DNA from: Welwitschia mirabilis
Lineage: Eukaryota
Length of the DNA stretch: 40,948 nt
Assembly: GCA_051453625.1 (NCBI GenBank)
Contig: JBOZIK010000001.1
Span: 12,858,378-12,899,325 of the forward strand
Direction: 5' to 3'
Part shown: positions 24,396 to 36,950 of the stretch, piece by piece
Layout: each line of letters opens with the position of its first letter
Position numbering within the stretch: position 1 is the first letter of the stretch
The notes under the pieces: model-generated
Databases searched by the model: none
What the model saw: only the letters and a program-made list of their open reading frames with translations
What the model was told of the DNA's origin: nothing
Program-made: the position numbers and the translations under genes

Positions 24396-25557
24396 GTCTT
24401 ACCAATTAAGTAAGTTACTAGGTAATTACTCTCAAAATCTCAACTCAACATTATAATATCTTATGAGTTGAGATTATAGTTAAACCCTTAATTAGTAAAA
24501 TATCTATATGTTATTTTACTTTTTGTTATGATACTTTTATCATGATGTTAGTCATAGAAAATTTTGAAGTCTTTTCATATTATAGAAAGGACATCTTTCA
24601 ATGGAAGATATCTATCATAGAGATGTTTTTAGTATTATAGACATCTATCAAATAGACATTTCTATATGTCAGACATCTTTAAAGGTTAAGTATGTTTTTC
24701 TTTATTTTTCAAAATAGACATCTTGATATGTACTCTCATTAATTTAGATGTCTTTTAGTTAGCAGACATATTTCAAAGAACTATATAAAAAATAAAGCGT
24801 GCATCAAAATGAGGGTTTTAACCGTTTTAATTTACAATCTATTATTTTTAATCCTCCACTCCATAGGTGTCCCTCTTAAATCTTATTTTTAGCTTCTTTT
24901 TTTATTCACATCTCTTAGCATAGATGTCTTAGATGTGGAAGAAGTCTTCACAGCCAGCACAATAAGGGTTCTTTTCTTAAATAGANNNNNNNNNNNNNNN
25001 NNNNNNNNNNNNNNNNNNNNNNNNNNNNNNNNNNNNNNNNNNNNNNNNNNNNNNNNNNNNNNNNNNNNNNNNNNNNNNNNNNNNNTAAAGGTTAAGTATG
25101 TTTTTCTTTATTTTTTCAAAATAGACATCTTGAATAGGTAGATGTCTTTATAGTATGCAAAAGAATCATATAATTTATTAATAGAAGATGTCTTTTATCA
25201 AGGTAGATATGTACTCTCATTAATTTAGATGTCTTTTAGTTAGTAGACATATTTCAAAGAACTATATAAAAAATAAAGCATGCATCAAAATGAGGGTTTT
25301 AACCGTTTTAATTTACAATCTATCATTTTTAATCCTCCACTCCATAGGTGTCCCTCTTAAATCTTCTTTTTAGCTTCTTTTTTTATTCACATCTCTTAGC
25401 ATAGATGTCTTGGATGTGAAGAAGTCTTCACAGCCAGCACAATAAGGGTTCTTTTCTTAAATAGATGCTCTTTTTTTTTTAATCTTTTTCATTGGGTTGT
25501 TATCATTTAAATTCTTTCCATATTTTATTTAAACATGATAATAAAAAAAGCCATTTG

Positions 25558-27160
25558 ATGCCTTCAAAGAAAAAGAACCTATCACAAAATCACATAGGCC
25601 CTAGTATGAATCTCAATTTTATAATGAGTTTATTATCAAGCATTTTTAAAACTTGGACAAGAAAATCCATCATTATAGTATGGACTCTTGGATTCTAAAG
25701 GCAAAGAAAAATTCACTTCTTGCTCATTTTTCATGTATTATTTCAGACCTGATAGTCCAATTAGACCAGGGCATTCCAGACCTCATAGTCAAGTAATTCT
25801 ATGCTAATATACATAAGATAGATGATAGCATTAGGATTTTTTAAACTCAAGTATGAGGTACTTCTATATTTCTTACACCTAATTTTTTAAATTCCATGCT
25901 TAGTATAGATGATCTGGAGCTCCCACAATTATATGTGCATTCTTTTAAAGATATATTCACTTGTTTTTCTGTTAGTATTTCATGACATTTGTTGAGTAAT
26001 ATACGTTTTGGGCATTCTAGAATGAATTTTTATGAGAATATAAAACATAAAAATGTGGTACTATATGCCTCTATTTTGAGTTTAATCACATTCTATAACA
26101 TACTTATTTAGGAAGGTAGTTATAGCTATTCTAATCCAATCTAGATGTTTGGGGTTTATTGTCTTCTTACAAGGCTGAAGTTTAATCTTACCTTTATTTT
26201 ATGTATGGATATCATTAAATTTTTTTATAAGAGTTAGAATTTGAGTTACCCTTACCTGGTTAGTATGATTATCAGCAATCTCAACATCTCAGTGTCACAA
26301 GTTAATCTCATTTAACCTAAGAAGCCACTTTTAAAGTTTAGTGAGAAATGGCAAGGACTTGTACTAGTTGGTAAAGGCATAAGTAAGAGACTTTATAAAT
26401 CATCAGCTCATCACTAATAGAGAAGGGTCTAAAGGCCATTACTAAGGTAATAGAAAAGATTGAACACAACCTCTTGAGGCTGAAAAAGCATCATTCCACA
26501 GCTAGTAAAGGATAGGCTCTTACAAGCAGTTGGGAATCCATGGAAACTCCTACTTAATCTAATTCTGAGGAGGAATTAAAGCTAAAGGCACCTCTAGTAT
26601 CTAGTACTACAACATATGGATCAAGTCATGTAGTAGATTCTAATTCTTCAGAGTCCATAGCAAATGAGACATAGATATAGTGGAAGCACCAAGCTACAAC
26701 ATAAGCATAGGGGGAGTATTAGGCTCAGGCATAATCAAAGGGGGAGCAGTAAGGTGACTTTAAGAGATCTAATGATTAGCTTCTTACCTTTTACATGTCT
26801 CATCAAAAATTACCCATACATCCTCCTATATAGCCTCCACCCCCCACTCACCCATCATCACCACCTCATCTTCCATCTCCATCAAAACCTTTCATAATAC
26901 CAATCTATGATCCATCTCTTAGCATAACTCCACCACTATCTTTCATTGAGATCATCATTACTAACTTACTCAACATGTATATTATCCTTTAGATGTATTC
27001 ATGTATAAGGAAATAGGCATCTTAGGGCCTTAGTGAGTTATCCTAGTGGCCACTTAGAAAACTACACACATTTCCATCTACATCTTCATGTTCATATATC
27101 ATTTACATCTCCACCACTGGGAATAGTAATGATGATAGTGATAATGTAGCAGATGGTACT
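25558..27160 (+). pseudogene. env-like extra ORF of Sirevirus, decayed
   Basis: Located between pol and the PPTs; reads DLIVK*FYANIH, QV*GTSIFLTPNFLNSML and LSYPYLVSMII, resembling the LVxEFYAN / VRG..I..TP / LPY blocks of SIRE/Athila extra ORFs; low-complexity Pro/Ser-rich tail. Boundaries approximate. Confidence 0.65.
26667..26756 (+). repeat. 3 x 30-bp degenerate tandem repeat
   Basis: agacatagatatagtggaagcaccaagcta / caacataagcatagggggagtattaggctc / aggcataatcaaagggggagcagtaaggtg. Confidence 0.6.
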
Positions 27161-27212
27161 TGATACACCAGTTACTTAGCTCTTAGTGATTAGCAACTTT
27201 TGTATGCTTTCT

Positions 27213-27610
27213 AAAAAAGGGGGGAAAATAGGAAAATTAGATTATATATCCTATATGAATCTAGAGGGTATGACCTTGAGATAGATGGATTAGACTCCTT
27301 ATGAGTGACATCACTGTTAATGATCACTTTTTTTATGGCCTACATTACATGTTCTGTTATTATCTATTATTTTTACTTATCTACAATTACATGATGCTTA
27401 TGTATTTAATCATTTACACTACTTCTTGGTTACTATTCTACATGATTATGTATGGGGTTAATAACTATTTTTAAAATTGTTAAAATTTATATCATGTTTC
27501 ATGTCATACATTATATTCTCTCTTAGATTAAGCTATCTCCATTTAGTTGATAAAACATAGTTACATTAATAAGAGTTGTCAAGTTTTGGACATTGTAAAA
27601 AAGGAGAAGA
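27213..27610 (+). promoter_or_regulatory. Multi-PPT region (upstream PPT 27213-27228, terminal PPT 27597-27610)
   Basis: aaaaaaggggggaaaa and aaaaaaggagaaga(t), the latter directly before the 3' LTR; multiple PPTs are a known Sirevirus signature. Confidence 0.8.
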
Positions 27611-27611
27611 T

Positions 27612-29026
27612 TATTGGTAAAATTCTAGTTTTGATTATTCCACTTGTCAAATATAATGTGTTTATTTGTATATATTTCAAATTAAATAATACCAAATCAT
27701 AAAAATAATTAATCCAATTCAAATTTTAAGTTCCTATTACACAAAAGATTCAACTTAGATTTCATGAATGTCAAAACAAAATTAAAATAATACGTCTACA
27801 CAGGTGAATACATCTATGGCAAAGAGGTCTGCCATATCAAAGATATTTATGTTGAATTATACTTTGTCACAAAAAAAGATGTCTATATTAACAAAGAAGT
27901 CTATACTAAAGCAAATACCTGAGATAGGTAAAAGATGTTTATCGTGTTAAGACATGTATACTACTTTGACTATTGAAAGACATCTACATAGATGAAGAAA
28001 TCTATATTGAACTAGAAAAGGTAATACAGATAAGCTGTATTTTGATGAGTTATCTACATCTCAAGGAATCAATCAAGATTTACATATTGGATTCATGATT
28101 ACTAAGGATTATAAAAACTACAATTTGAATTTTATCAAAATCTGGGAAGTTTGACTAGAAATATCTCTCATGTTGAAGATGTCTACCTAATAAGAGACAT
28201 ATATCATCTCAAAGATGTTTATCCAAAAAATTGTAAAAAATAAAATAGCCATTAAACATCCAAATATTAGTTGTGTATATCTACTAAACAATGGTTACAT
28301 GCTCTTAAATAGCTATCTTTCTAGGACACCAAAAAGAAAGACATCAAAAGTATAAATGACATAAAAGGTAAAAAAATATATATCTCACATGGGTGATTGA
28401 TTCTACCTACATAGCTTTTATCTATATTTTGGAAAGGACTATTTGGTAAATATGCTACTTAATCATTAACTCTTATAAAGTTGCATCACTTTGATCTTTG
28501 ACACTTGTGGTTAATAAAAAGAAGAAAGAACTCAAGCACTTCATCAAAGAGAGATCCTTTTAGGCTTGTTATTTCATTTGTAATCACTATTTATTGGAAC
28601 TTAAATTATAGAAATATTAGATTTTTGAATACACTTATTATAGTCCATTTCTTATTTTCAATGATAGGATTCCTTACTAGGATTTCCATATTTTAAGGAA
28701 ATCCTTATAGAGTTGTGCTTCTACAAGTTCTTATGAGCATATTTCTATTTTTGATTTATTTAATATTCCTAAGGGGAATAAAATACTTCCTTAAGAGGAG
28801 CATTTCAATTATATGTAAGGTTGGTAATGCTTTAAAACCACTATTTTGTAGGTTAAAAATATCTGAAGGTATGAAAGGAAGATATCCTCTATGTGTGGGC
28901 ATACCCAGGTTGGAAAACCATGTTAATCTAGTAAGTTATTTATTGTATAATTTTTAATTTATGTTTAGTATAATTTATTTTTGGTATACCTCATTCACCC
29001 ATCTTCTTTAAGTTTAATAATCCTCA
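27612..29026 (+). repeat. 3' LTR of Sirevirus
   Basis: Follows the PPT; ends ...aataatcctCA then TSD acttg. Confidence 0.92.
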
Positions 29027-29086
29027 ACTTGCTCAATTCTTTTTGGCTTTTTTATTAGAGACTAACAAACACTTAGTGAAGGGCTA

Positions 29087-30653
29087 CATTAGAAGTCAAA
29101 TTAGTGATATTTAGTGTTATGTTTAGAGTGTGTTTTAGTTTGTTTTAGTAGGTTTTTAATTAATTAAAAGTAAAAGTGGATTAGCCATCATGATGAAAAA
29201 GAAATAATAGTTTCCCAACATTTCTAACCATTTATAAATGTTTTTGCTGACATGTTCCAAACTCCCTAACGTATCTAAAGAATCATGAATATAGTTTAGA
29301 AAGATGGTTGATGATCAGAATGACCATAAAATGAAAAAAAAAAAAGTATCATCTACTTGGTCATCTAGATGAAACTTAGAAGACAACTATCAAGATCCAT
29401 AAATAGAGAAATCATGTTTCTATTGGTAGTTATCCATTCTATCATATAGATAATACTCAAGAAGAAAATAGTCATTTATAAAGCCAAATCAAATCTTAAA
29501 GATGATCTTAAAATATAACAAAGTTTACCATCAAATTCAATTCCTTTAGAGGATATAGGAATATATCAATTATGTCTAAAGCCATAATTAAGTTTAAGAG
29601 AATACTTGATCTTAATTAATATACTTGAGAAGGATGCAGAAAGACTAATTATAGTAGGAGAAATTTTCATAAGGCTAGAGGAAATCTAGTTATAAATAAA
29701 AGAAGTAGAGGAAGCTTTAAAAGTTATTATTCAATTTATCATCCAAATGATACCTAGAATGACTAGCAAAAATAGAAGACATAGAACTTATAACTTTACA
29801 ACTGATAGTTATTTACCTTGTCATCTGAATAATACTTAGGATAACACCAATGGATGACATTCAATATTTTTACCAAGAAGGCATGTGAAGGATAAGAAGC
29901 TATTAGAAAAAGCAGATTAACTATCATCCACCCTATCCTCTGAATGATACACAACTAGACGATAATCATAATGAAAACAAAATGGACTCCATTAGTTATG
30001 AAATCATTGATACGATTGCTCCTAATCTATTATGACTTATTAATAACTCTAACCATTAAACCCAAGCTATAAATACCTCCTTTATATCCCTTATTTATCA
30101 TTTTTGATTGCATGAATATTACTTATAACATTGGAGCATTTTGAGTAAGGGATCCATCCTTGTTGTAGAGAAGAATATTTCTTAGTGTTAGGTTGTGTCT
30201 CCTTTAGTGAGAAGTTCTTACTTTGTAAGAGGATGTGGACATTTTGATTAATAAAGATATTAATTAAAGTGTTCTTTAAAATTTCTCTATTATATTCTTC
30301 ATATATTATGTTGAAATCAAGTTAATTCCATAAGGTTACTTGTGATTTCTGATATAGTGTATGAGGGAAAACTTGAATGATCACAAGTTAGTTAACCTGG
30401 TTAAAATTTGAATTTAGACTTGCATCTCATCTTTGCATTTTGCATTCATTTATTGTATCGTTGCATTTTCATTAATTTATCATTCTGAAGCTAGCATAGA
30501 TATCATTTTATTTCTCTTTTTTATTAAAGCAACCTTCTTAATGTACTATTGAATTTCTCTCTAGAGTTTGACATTTGGGTTAACTTCCATTCACTAGTGT
30601 GTTTTTTACAAGTTTTATTAATATTTGTAAGTATCAAATATAAAAGCTTCATT
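29087..30653 (+). repeat. 3' LTR of Athila-like element (last ~40-45 bp predicted to lie in the N gap)
   Basis: Colinear with 11737-~13876 up to the gap (gtatcaaatataaaagcttcatt vs gcatcaaagctaaagattcatt); TATA ctataaatac at 30067. Confidence 0.85.
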
Positions 30654-31899
30654 NNNNNNNNNNNNNNNNNNNNNNNNNNNNNNNNNNNNNNNNNNNNNNN
30701 NNNNNNNNNNNNNNNNNNNNNNNNNNNNNNNNNNNNNNNNNNNNNNNNNNNNNNNNNNNNNNNNNNNNNNNNNNNNNNNNNNNNNNNNNNNNNNNNNNNN
30801 NNNNNNNNNNNNNNNNNNNNNNNNNNNNNNNNNNNNNNNNNNNNNNNNNNNNNNNNNNNNNNNNNNNNNNNNNNNNNNNNNNNNNNNNNNNNNNNNNNNN
30901 NNNNNNNNNNNNNNNNNNNNNNNNNNNNNNNNNNNNNNNNNNNNNNNNNNNNNNNNNNNNNNNNNNNNNNNNNNNNNNNNNNNNNNNNNNNNNNNNNNNN
31001 NNNNNNNNNNNNNNNNNNNNNNNNNNNNNNNNNNNNNNNNNNNNNNNNNNNNNNNNNNNNNNNNNNNNNNNNNNNNNNNNNNNNNNNNNNNNNNNNNNNN
31101 NNNNNNNNNNNNNNNNNNNNNNNNNNNNNNNNNNNNNNNNNNNNNNNNNNNNNNNNNNNNNNNNNNNNNNNNNNNNNNNNNNNNNNNNNNNNNNNNNNNN
31201 NNNNNNNNNNNNNNNNNNNNNNNNNNNNNNNNNNNNNNNNNNNNNNNNNNNNNNNNATAATTTCATGTATTAATTAATTTAACATCACATATAAAATGAA
31301 TTTAAATTTGAGTCTAAAGTTTGTAAACTTATTTGGATACTTATCTTTAAGCTTGAATATGATACTCTAAAATTTTTTGAAATTTCAAATATCTTTTTCA
31401 ACTTAGATTCTTAACATTATTTAAAAGTGTCATTATACTTTATGTCTTATAAATTTTACCCTTTAATTTAGTAAATAAAATATTTTAAGGCTATAAATAA
31501 CATGTTTAATATTATATTATCATTATTTAAGTTTAAAATTAATAATTAGAAAATTCTTATTAAAATAACTCATAACTATGTTTTGTTATGCAAAACATGC
31601 TAAAACATTCATGTTTTAGTCCAAACATGAAACACAAGAAGACTATTACCACAATTAGATTTATAATACCATTAGTATTATAGAGTATAATGGATACAAA
31701 AGAAATCTAAAATGATAATTTCTCTTAAGCAACCTAATCAAACTTAAAAAATAGGATAAGTGTTAAACTAAAAACTAAAGATTTGATAAAGGCTCTAATA
31801 AGACTAAGGAGGCATCTAATTAATTTTAAAAACTAATGAATTTTTCTTCAACTAAATTTAATGTATGTTAACATATCAGGAATGTAAAATTAAAAGTAA

Positions 31900-32075
31900 A
31901 ACCCAACCCTTAACTAAACAATCACAACCTACCCTAAGCATTGAGGTATGTTAATTCTATTTAAATAATATTCCATTTGAAAAGACCTTTATTAGCTATT
32001 TTTTTTCTCACTTTCCATAAATTTCATCTAGTTTTAATGGCTAATGATGAGGAGTTCTCTTATCATGACATTTGA
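31900..32075 (+). repeat. Degenerate repeat, copy C (related to 9231-9468)
   Basis: caaccct..cctaccctaag and ctagttttaatggctaatgatgagg match caaccct..cctaccttaag and ctagaattctaatggctatgatgagg in the same order with similar spacing. Confidence 0.45.
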
Positions 32076-34899
32076 TGGAATTATTGTGTATCTCCTTAAG
32101 TTTGCAATTAACATCATTTAATAATCCCAAGTATTATAAACAAGTATGGCAAGAATTTAGAGAAGAAAAGAAAACTTGGAAGAATACAATTACAATTAAC
32201 TAGTACAAAATCTAAAATGCTAGATTATGAAAATAACTATACATTTAAATAAATAGTGTAAGTTACTTAGTAACTCTAATTAGTTTTCATCTAATTAGTT
32301 TTAAACTATAAATCATAAGAACATACGAATTTAAGTATCATTAGTTTAGTAATCATTATAATTCATAACTTAAGAAACATAAGATGAAATCTTATTAAAT
32401 CTATGTACTAAATAAGTATATTATTTATTTTAAGGTCTTAACATAATTATCTCACCTTAGTGAACTAGATGAGTTAAGGAACCTAGTTTCAAGACTATGA
32501 TGTGCTTTATATTGGATATTTTTGTTATGTTATCTAAGTAATTAGTAATATGATTTATAGGGAATATAACCTTATTTAAATACATTATAATGTTGAGATA
32601 GTTAGAAGATAAGTTAATCAATTTATCACATAAATTTATCATCACTAATTAAATCATCAAGTAATAGTAAATGGTAATGGATTCAATGAATCATTGGTAG
32701 AAGATATCTCTAGATAGCTTTATTAGATGATTTCATGTGATGACTATCTCAATAAAATGTATGGTTTCTAATTTATCACTAGATGATAAGAAATAGTAAT
32801 AATTATAATAGAAGACATCACTAGATAATTACTAGGTGATGGTAAGTGTTGATGAACTTAATCTCTGATATATAGAGGAGTTGTTACTTGCATTGTTGGA
32901 TGACAACAAGTAATGCCGATTTTTACCTTAATAGACTTACTTGATTTTTATCATATTTTCATGTTTACCTTATGCTTTGTTTTCTATGCTTTATAATAAA
33001 CTTGTAACCTTATAATCATACTTAAAATTTCCACCAATAGTTCCTTTCCAAGGCCTTGTTTTATAAATATCATAGCCTCCTATTAGGCATGTATTAGATC
33101 TCAGTAAGATATGTCATTAAATTATTAAATAAAACACATTATACCAAAAAAAAATGTTGTATACATATTTTTAAAAATAACATGTCTCATTTCTATTGTA
33201 TGTCAAAATTACAAATAATACATGTCTCATTTTTCCTGTGTGTTAAAATTATAAAGATGCATGTTTAATTATAAAATAAAAATGTAAAATCAAAAACTTT
33301 AGTTATATAAGAGTTACCATTTATATAACACATAATTTTTCTTCATAATATTAAAGGATAGAAAAAGAGAAAACATCAAGAGAAGGATGGTTCTAAAAGG
33401 GGATAAAAAATGACACAAACTCCTTCTTCTTAGCATCTAATAAAGGGCTTTTTTATTGTTCTTCTCAATTGTATTAACTCTAAAAGTATATTTATCTAGC
33501 CTATTTGTGAACTTGTATAGTGTTTAATTAATGTTTTCTATTTGGTGTTTTATTATGTATGGAATACATGATCTAATTAAGATAATCCTTTTTTAGCGTC
33601 ATTCATGCATGAAGAGAAATCATATTCACATTTATTTACCTTTACCATTCTATTTTTCAAACTGCTTAAAGCTCAAAAATTTATCTCATATAATGTACAT
33701 ATCTCTTAAAATTATAATCCTTGACTAAAAACATTTTACATTCCTAATAGAAAAATTAATAGTATCTAATAGGGCCTTAGGCATAGAAGTTAAGATGGAA
33801 GAAGAAGTAATAAGTAGCTCAAGTCTAATCATCTTTTTTCCTTTTCAAATGCCCACTTTTCTAATGGATCTAAAGATNNNNNNNNNNNNNNNNNNNNNNN
33901 NNNNNNNNNNNNNNNNNNNNNNNNNNNNNNNNNNNNNNNNNNNNNNNNNNNNNNNNNNNNNNNNNNNNNNNNNNNNNNNNNNNNNNNNNNNNNNNNNNNN
34001 NNNNNNNNNNNNNNNNNNNNNNNNNNNNNNNNNNNNNNNNNNNNNNNNNNNNNNNNNNNNNNNNNNNNNNNNNNNNNNNNNNNNNNNNNNNNNNNNNNNN
34101 NNNNNNNNNNNNNNNNNNNNNNNNNNNNNNNNNNNNNNNNNNNNNNNNNNNNNNNNNNNNNNNNNNNNNNNNNNNNNNNNNNNNNNNNNNNNNNNNNNNN
34201 NNNNNNNNNNNNNNNNNNNNNNNNNNNNNNNNNNNNNNNNNNNNNNNNNNNNNNNNNNNNNNNNNNNNNNNNNNNNNNNNNNNNNNNNNNNNNNNNNNNN
34301 NNNNNNNNNNNNNNNNNNNNNNNNNNNNNNNNNNNNNNNNNNNNNNNNNNNNNNNNNNNNNNNNNNNNNNNNNNNNNNNNNNNNNNNNNNNNNNNNNNNN
34401 NNNNNNNNNNNNNNNNNNNNNNNNNNNNTAGCTCAAGTATAATCATCGTTTTTCCTTTTCAAATGCCCACTTTTCTAATGAATCTAAGGATGATAATTAA
34501 TGAAGCTATTAAATACACATCCTAAAGACAATGGATGAATAACTAGATGATTTTATTAATTAATTAAGGATAACAAAAATAAGCTAGTCTTACTTTGTTT
34601 ATGAATTCCATAAGTCTTTTTCAAATGAAGGTAGGTAAATTATAATGAATTAATCTTGTAATAGTAGCTATAAAAGAAGTAATCATGATATTTTTATCAT
34701 AAAAAGAGGAAATGTTATTATCCTAAATATCCTTAAGGCACTATGTGCTACCCTTTTTACAAATTTCCTAATGTAACCTCTTTACAATTGAAGATTAAAG
34801 GATAATTTGGCAAGAATATCCTTATGGCTTCCATTCTTTTCATGAAAATTATAACTAAAGAAAAAAAGTTCTTACTTTTTTTTTATATGCCCAATTCTT

Positions 34900-36950
34900 A
34901 GGCTATTTTATAAACACCAACTTTTATTTAAATACTTGATACTGTGGAATTTAAGAATTATTTATAATTCTTTCTATTTCTACCTATGTTTAAGAAAAAC
35001 TCTCTATTTTTCCTTTTCTAATCTTTTTTTCTTGTTTTTTATTTTCTTTTCTTTTTCTTCTAGTAATAATTTCTACATAAGATAATTAATCTTCTCCATC
35101 ATGGAATTGTTAATTTCTTTTAAAACTTTTTCAAATAACTTCTTCATCAAAAATTGAGCCTTTCTAGTAATAACATGATGAATCTCTTTCTTTTTCATAT
35201 TGTCATCAAATTCCTTTGTTTCTTGTTGCTACTCTTCGAGGATAGGCTTAGAATTATAAACAATTCTTATTAATGGATCTAAATATTTTCTTAATCCTTC
35301 TTTAAGAATCTAAAATAAGAAATCACTATAATAAATTGAAAATATTATTTCTAACCTAGGATCTAATTTACATAACATGGACAAATTACTTAGTATTATA
35401 AAAATTGAGGAGAATTTTATTTAAAGAAAAGCATATTATATTGGAATAGTAAGAAATTTAAAATTTATCAATACAACCATTTATGAATTAATATCATAGT
35501 AAATTGAATAAATGAAGAAAGTGTTGGATTACATATAAGGGCAGGTTATACTAACTTATCACTAAAGAATCTTTGACATATTTCAATAACATTATAATGT
35601 TATAAAACTTCACTGCATAATCTTTTGAGATAGAATCATATAATGTTTTTCATATTTGAAGATGTCTTTGAAAATTCATCACAACAAGCAAAAAAGGGTA
35701 AATATTCCTTACTTCAATGGCTAGTAGAAAAAAATCAGTTGTATTAATAACATGATTAACATATTATAACCTCCTACAAAAATGAAAAGGTAAAAAATCC
35801 ATATTTTTTATAAGTAGAAATTATTAATTAAAAAATCCTAATTATATAAATCTATCAACTTTAAAGAAAATTAGATAATAAGTAAGACATTTACTTTAAA
35901 ATTGATTTAAAGCTAATAATGACACATAGGAATGCTCAAATAGTTACTAGCTAGTAGAAGTAGCAATTTAATTGAGTAAAAGATAGAAGAAAAGATATAA
36001 TTTTATAATTTTTACAATGCGTCATTATTAGTAAACTAACTTAAAGTAATGATTGTTAATTAACAAGATATGAAATGACAAGGTTTATTTCATAACTAAA
36101 AGATGTAATTCATTTTGTCTAGCGAAACACTATAAAAATGAAGAATACATATTCTAGAAGATAGATTTACATAAGAAGAAGTATTTCAAAAGCAAATAAA
36201 ATGTTATGAAATTCTTGAAGTCATATAAGCCTAAGTTCAAGACTTAAGCAAGTACTGTATTAATAAACCATCTACATAACACCAAATAGAATATTATATG
36301 TTATTCATCTTGTAATGAAATACTAATTCATAATAATATTTAATTATTAATTACTAAATATTAAATATAATCTTTACTTTATTAAAGTTTGGTTCCTCTA
36401 GTTTTACTTTTGTTTATATTATTCAAAGACATCTTAAAAGCTTCTGCAACTTAAAAAAATTTATTAGGTCATTTCTACTCTAAACCCCAACATTGCATTA
36501 GAGTCAAAGGTTCTAATCTTAAGAATAACAATTAAATTAGAGTTTATAATTTTTTTCTTAAAACACAAGTAGCAGTTGAAGATAATTTTAGTAATAAAAC
36601 TTCATTACAGCAAATGATTATGACTATTAATAAAGTAACATAAATTCTTTATTTTGTTAACTAATGATGGTGACTCACTTTATTTATAATGGAAGTTATG
36701 ATTTAAATCAACATCATAATTATTTACTTAAAATTAATAAGGTATAAAAATAAAGGAAGTAAGATCATCTCATTAGGTGCTAAGGCATTAAATTTATAAA
36801 AGTCAAAGCAGATAATCATAGAAAAAGTTAGTTCTTATAGTTCTTTCATAATTCATGTTTTGTAATAATTAGAAGATGATCTCATTAAAGATTCATTACT
36901 TACACTCCTTGTTAATTAAATTTAAGCGATAATTTAAAAGCATTGTTATA
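34900..36950 (-). pseudogene. Highly decayed hAT (Ac/Tam3-like) transposase relic
   Basis: Minus-strand motifs in the expected order: BED-like SLMR-HL (~36860-36885), IITLS*FTNNDAL (~36015-36053; cf. TITLDNASxND), H..C...LN (~35905-35940), NTT..LAIE (~35715-35748; cf. WNST), NPTLS (~35515-35531), KLDPRL (~35352-35369). Boundaries approximate. Confidence 0.5.

Larger units (their letters stand above)
17912..29026 (+). mobile_element. Sirevirus (SIRE lineage, Ty1/copia) full-length decayed element with env-like ORF
   Basis: Perfect 5-bp TSD ACTTG (17907-17911 and 29027-29031); LTRs 17912-19298 and 27612-29026; PBS at 19301; order gag-PR-INT-RT-RH; extra ORF after pol; multiple PPTs; C-rich attcaccc.. 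motif near the LTR 3' ends. Confidence 0.93.
11737..30653 (+). mobile_element. Athila-like Ty3/gypsy LTR element with no visible pol (non-autonomous/LARD-like), interrupted by a nested Sirevirus; 3' end falls in an N gap
   Basis: LTR pair 11737-13917 and 29087->30653. PBS tgatgtcattattgaaga equals TGGCGCCGTTGCCGGGGA with only transitions. Pre-LTR motif tttattagagactaacaaacacttagtgaagggcta resembles the Athila ..GCTxGGGACxAGCAAA..AGT.GGGGG signature. No RT or INT motifs in 13940-17911. Confidence 0.75.

Noticed and set aside
26664..26897. 77-aa His-rich ORF as a standalone gene
   Set aside because: It lies within the low-complexity tail of the decayed env-like region; the His run is an alternative reading of CCA/TCA-rich sequence.
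32680..32860. Recurring tcactagatga / ttactaggtga motifs
   Set aside because: Too few and too degenerate to define a unit or function by eye.
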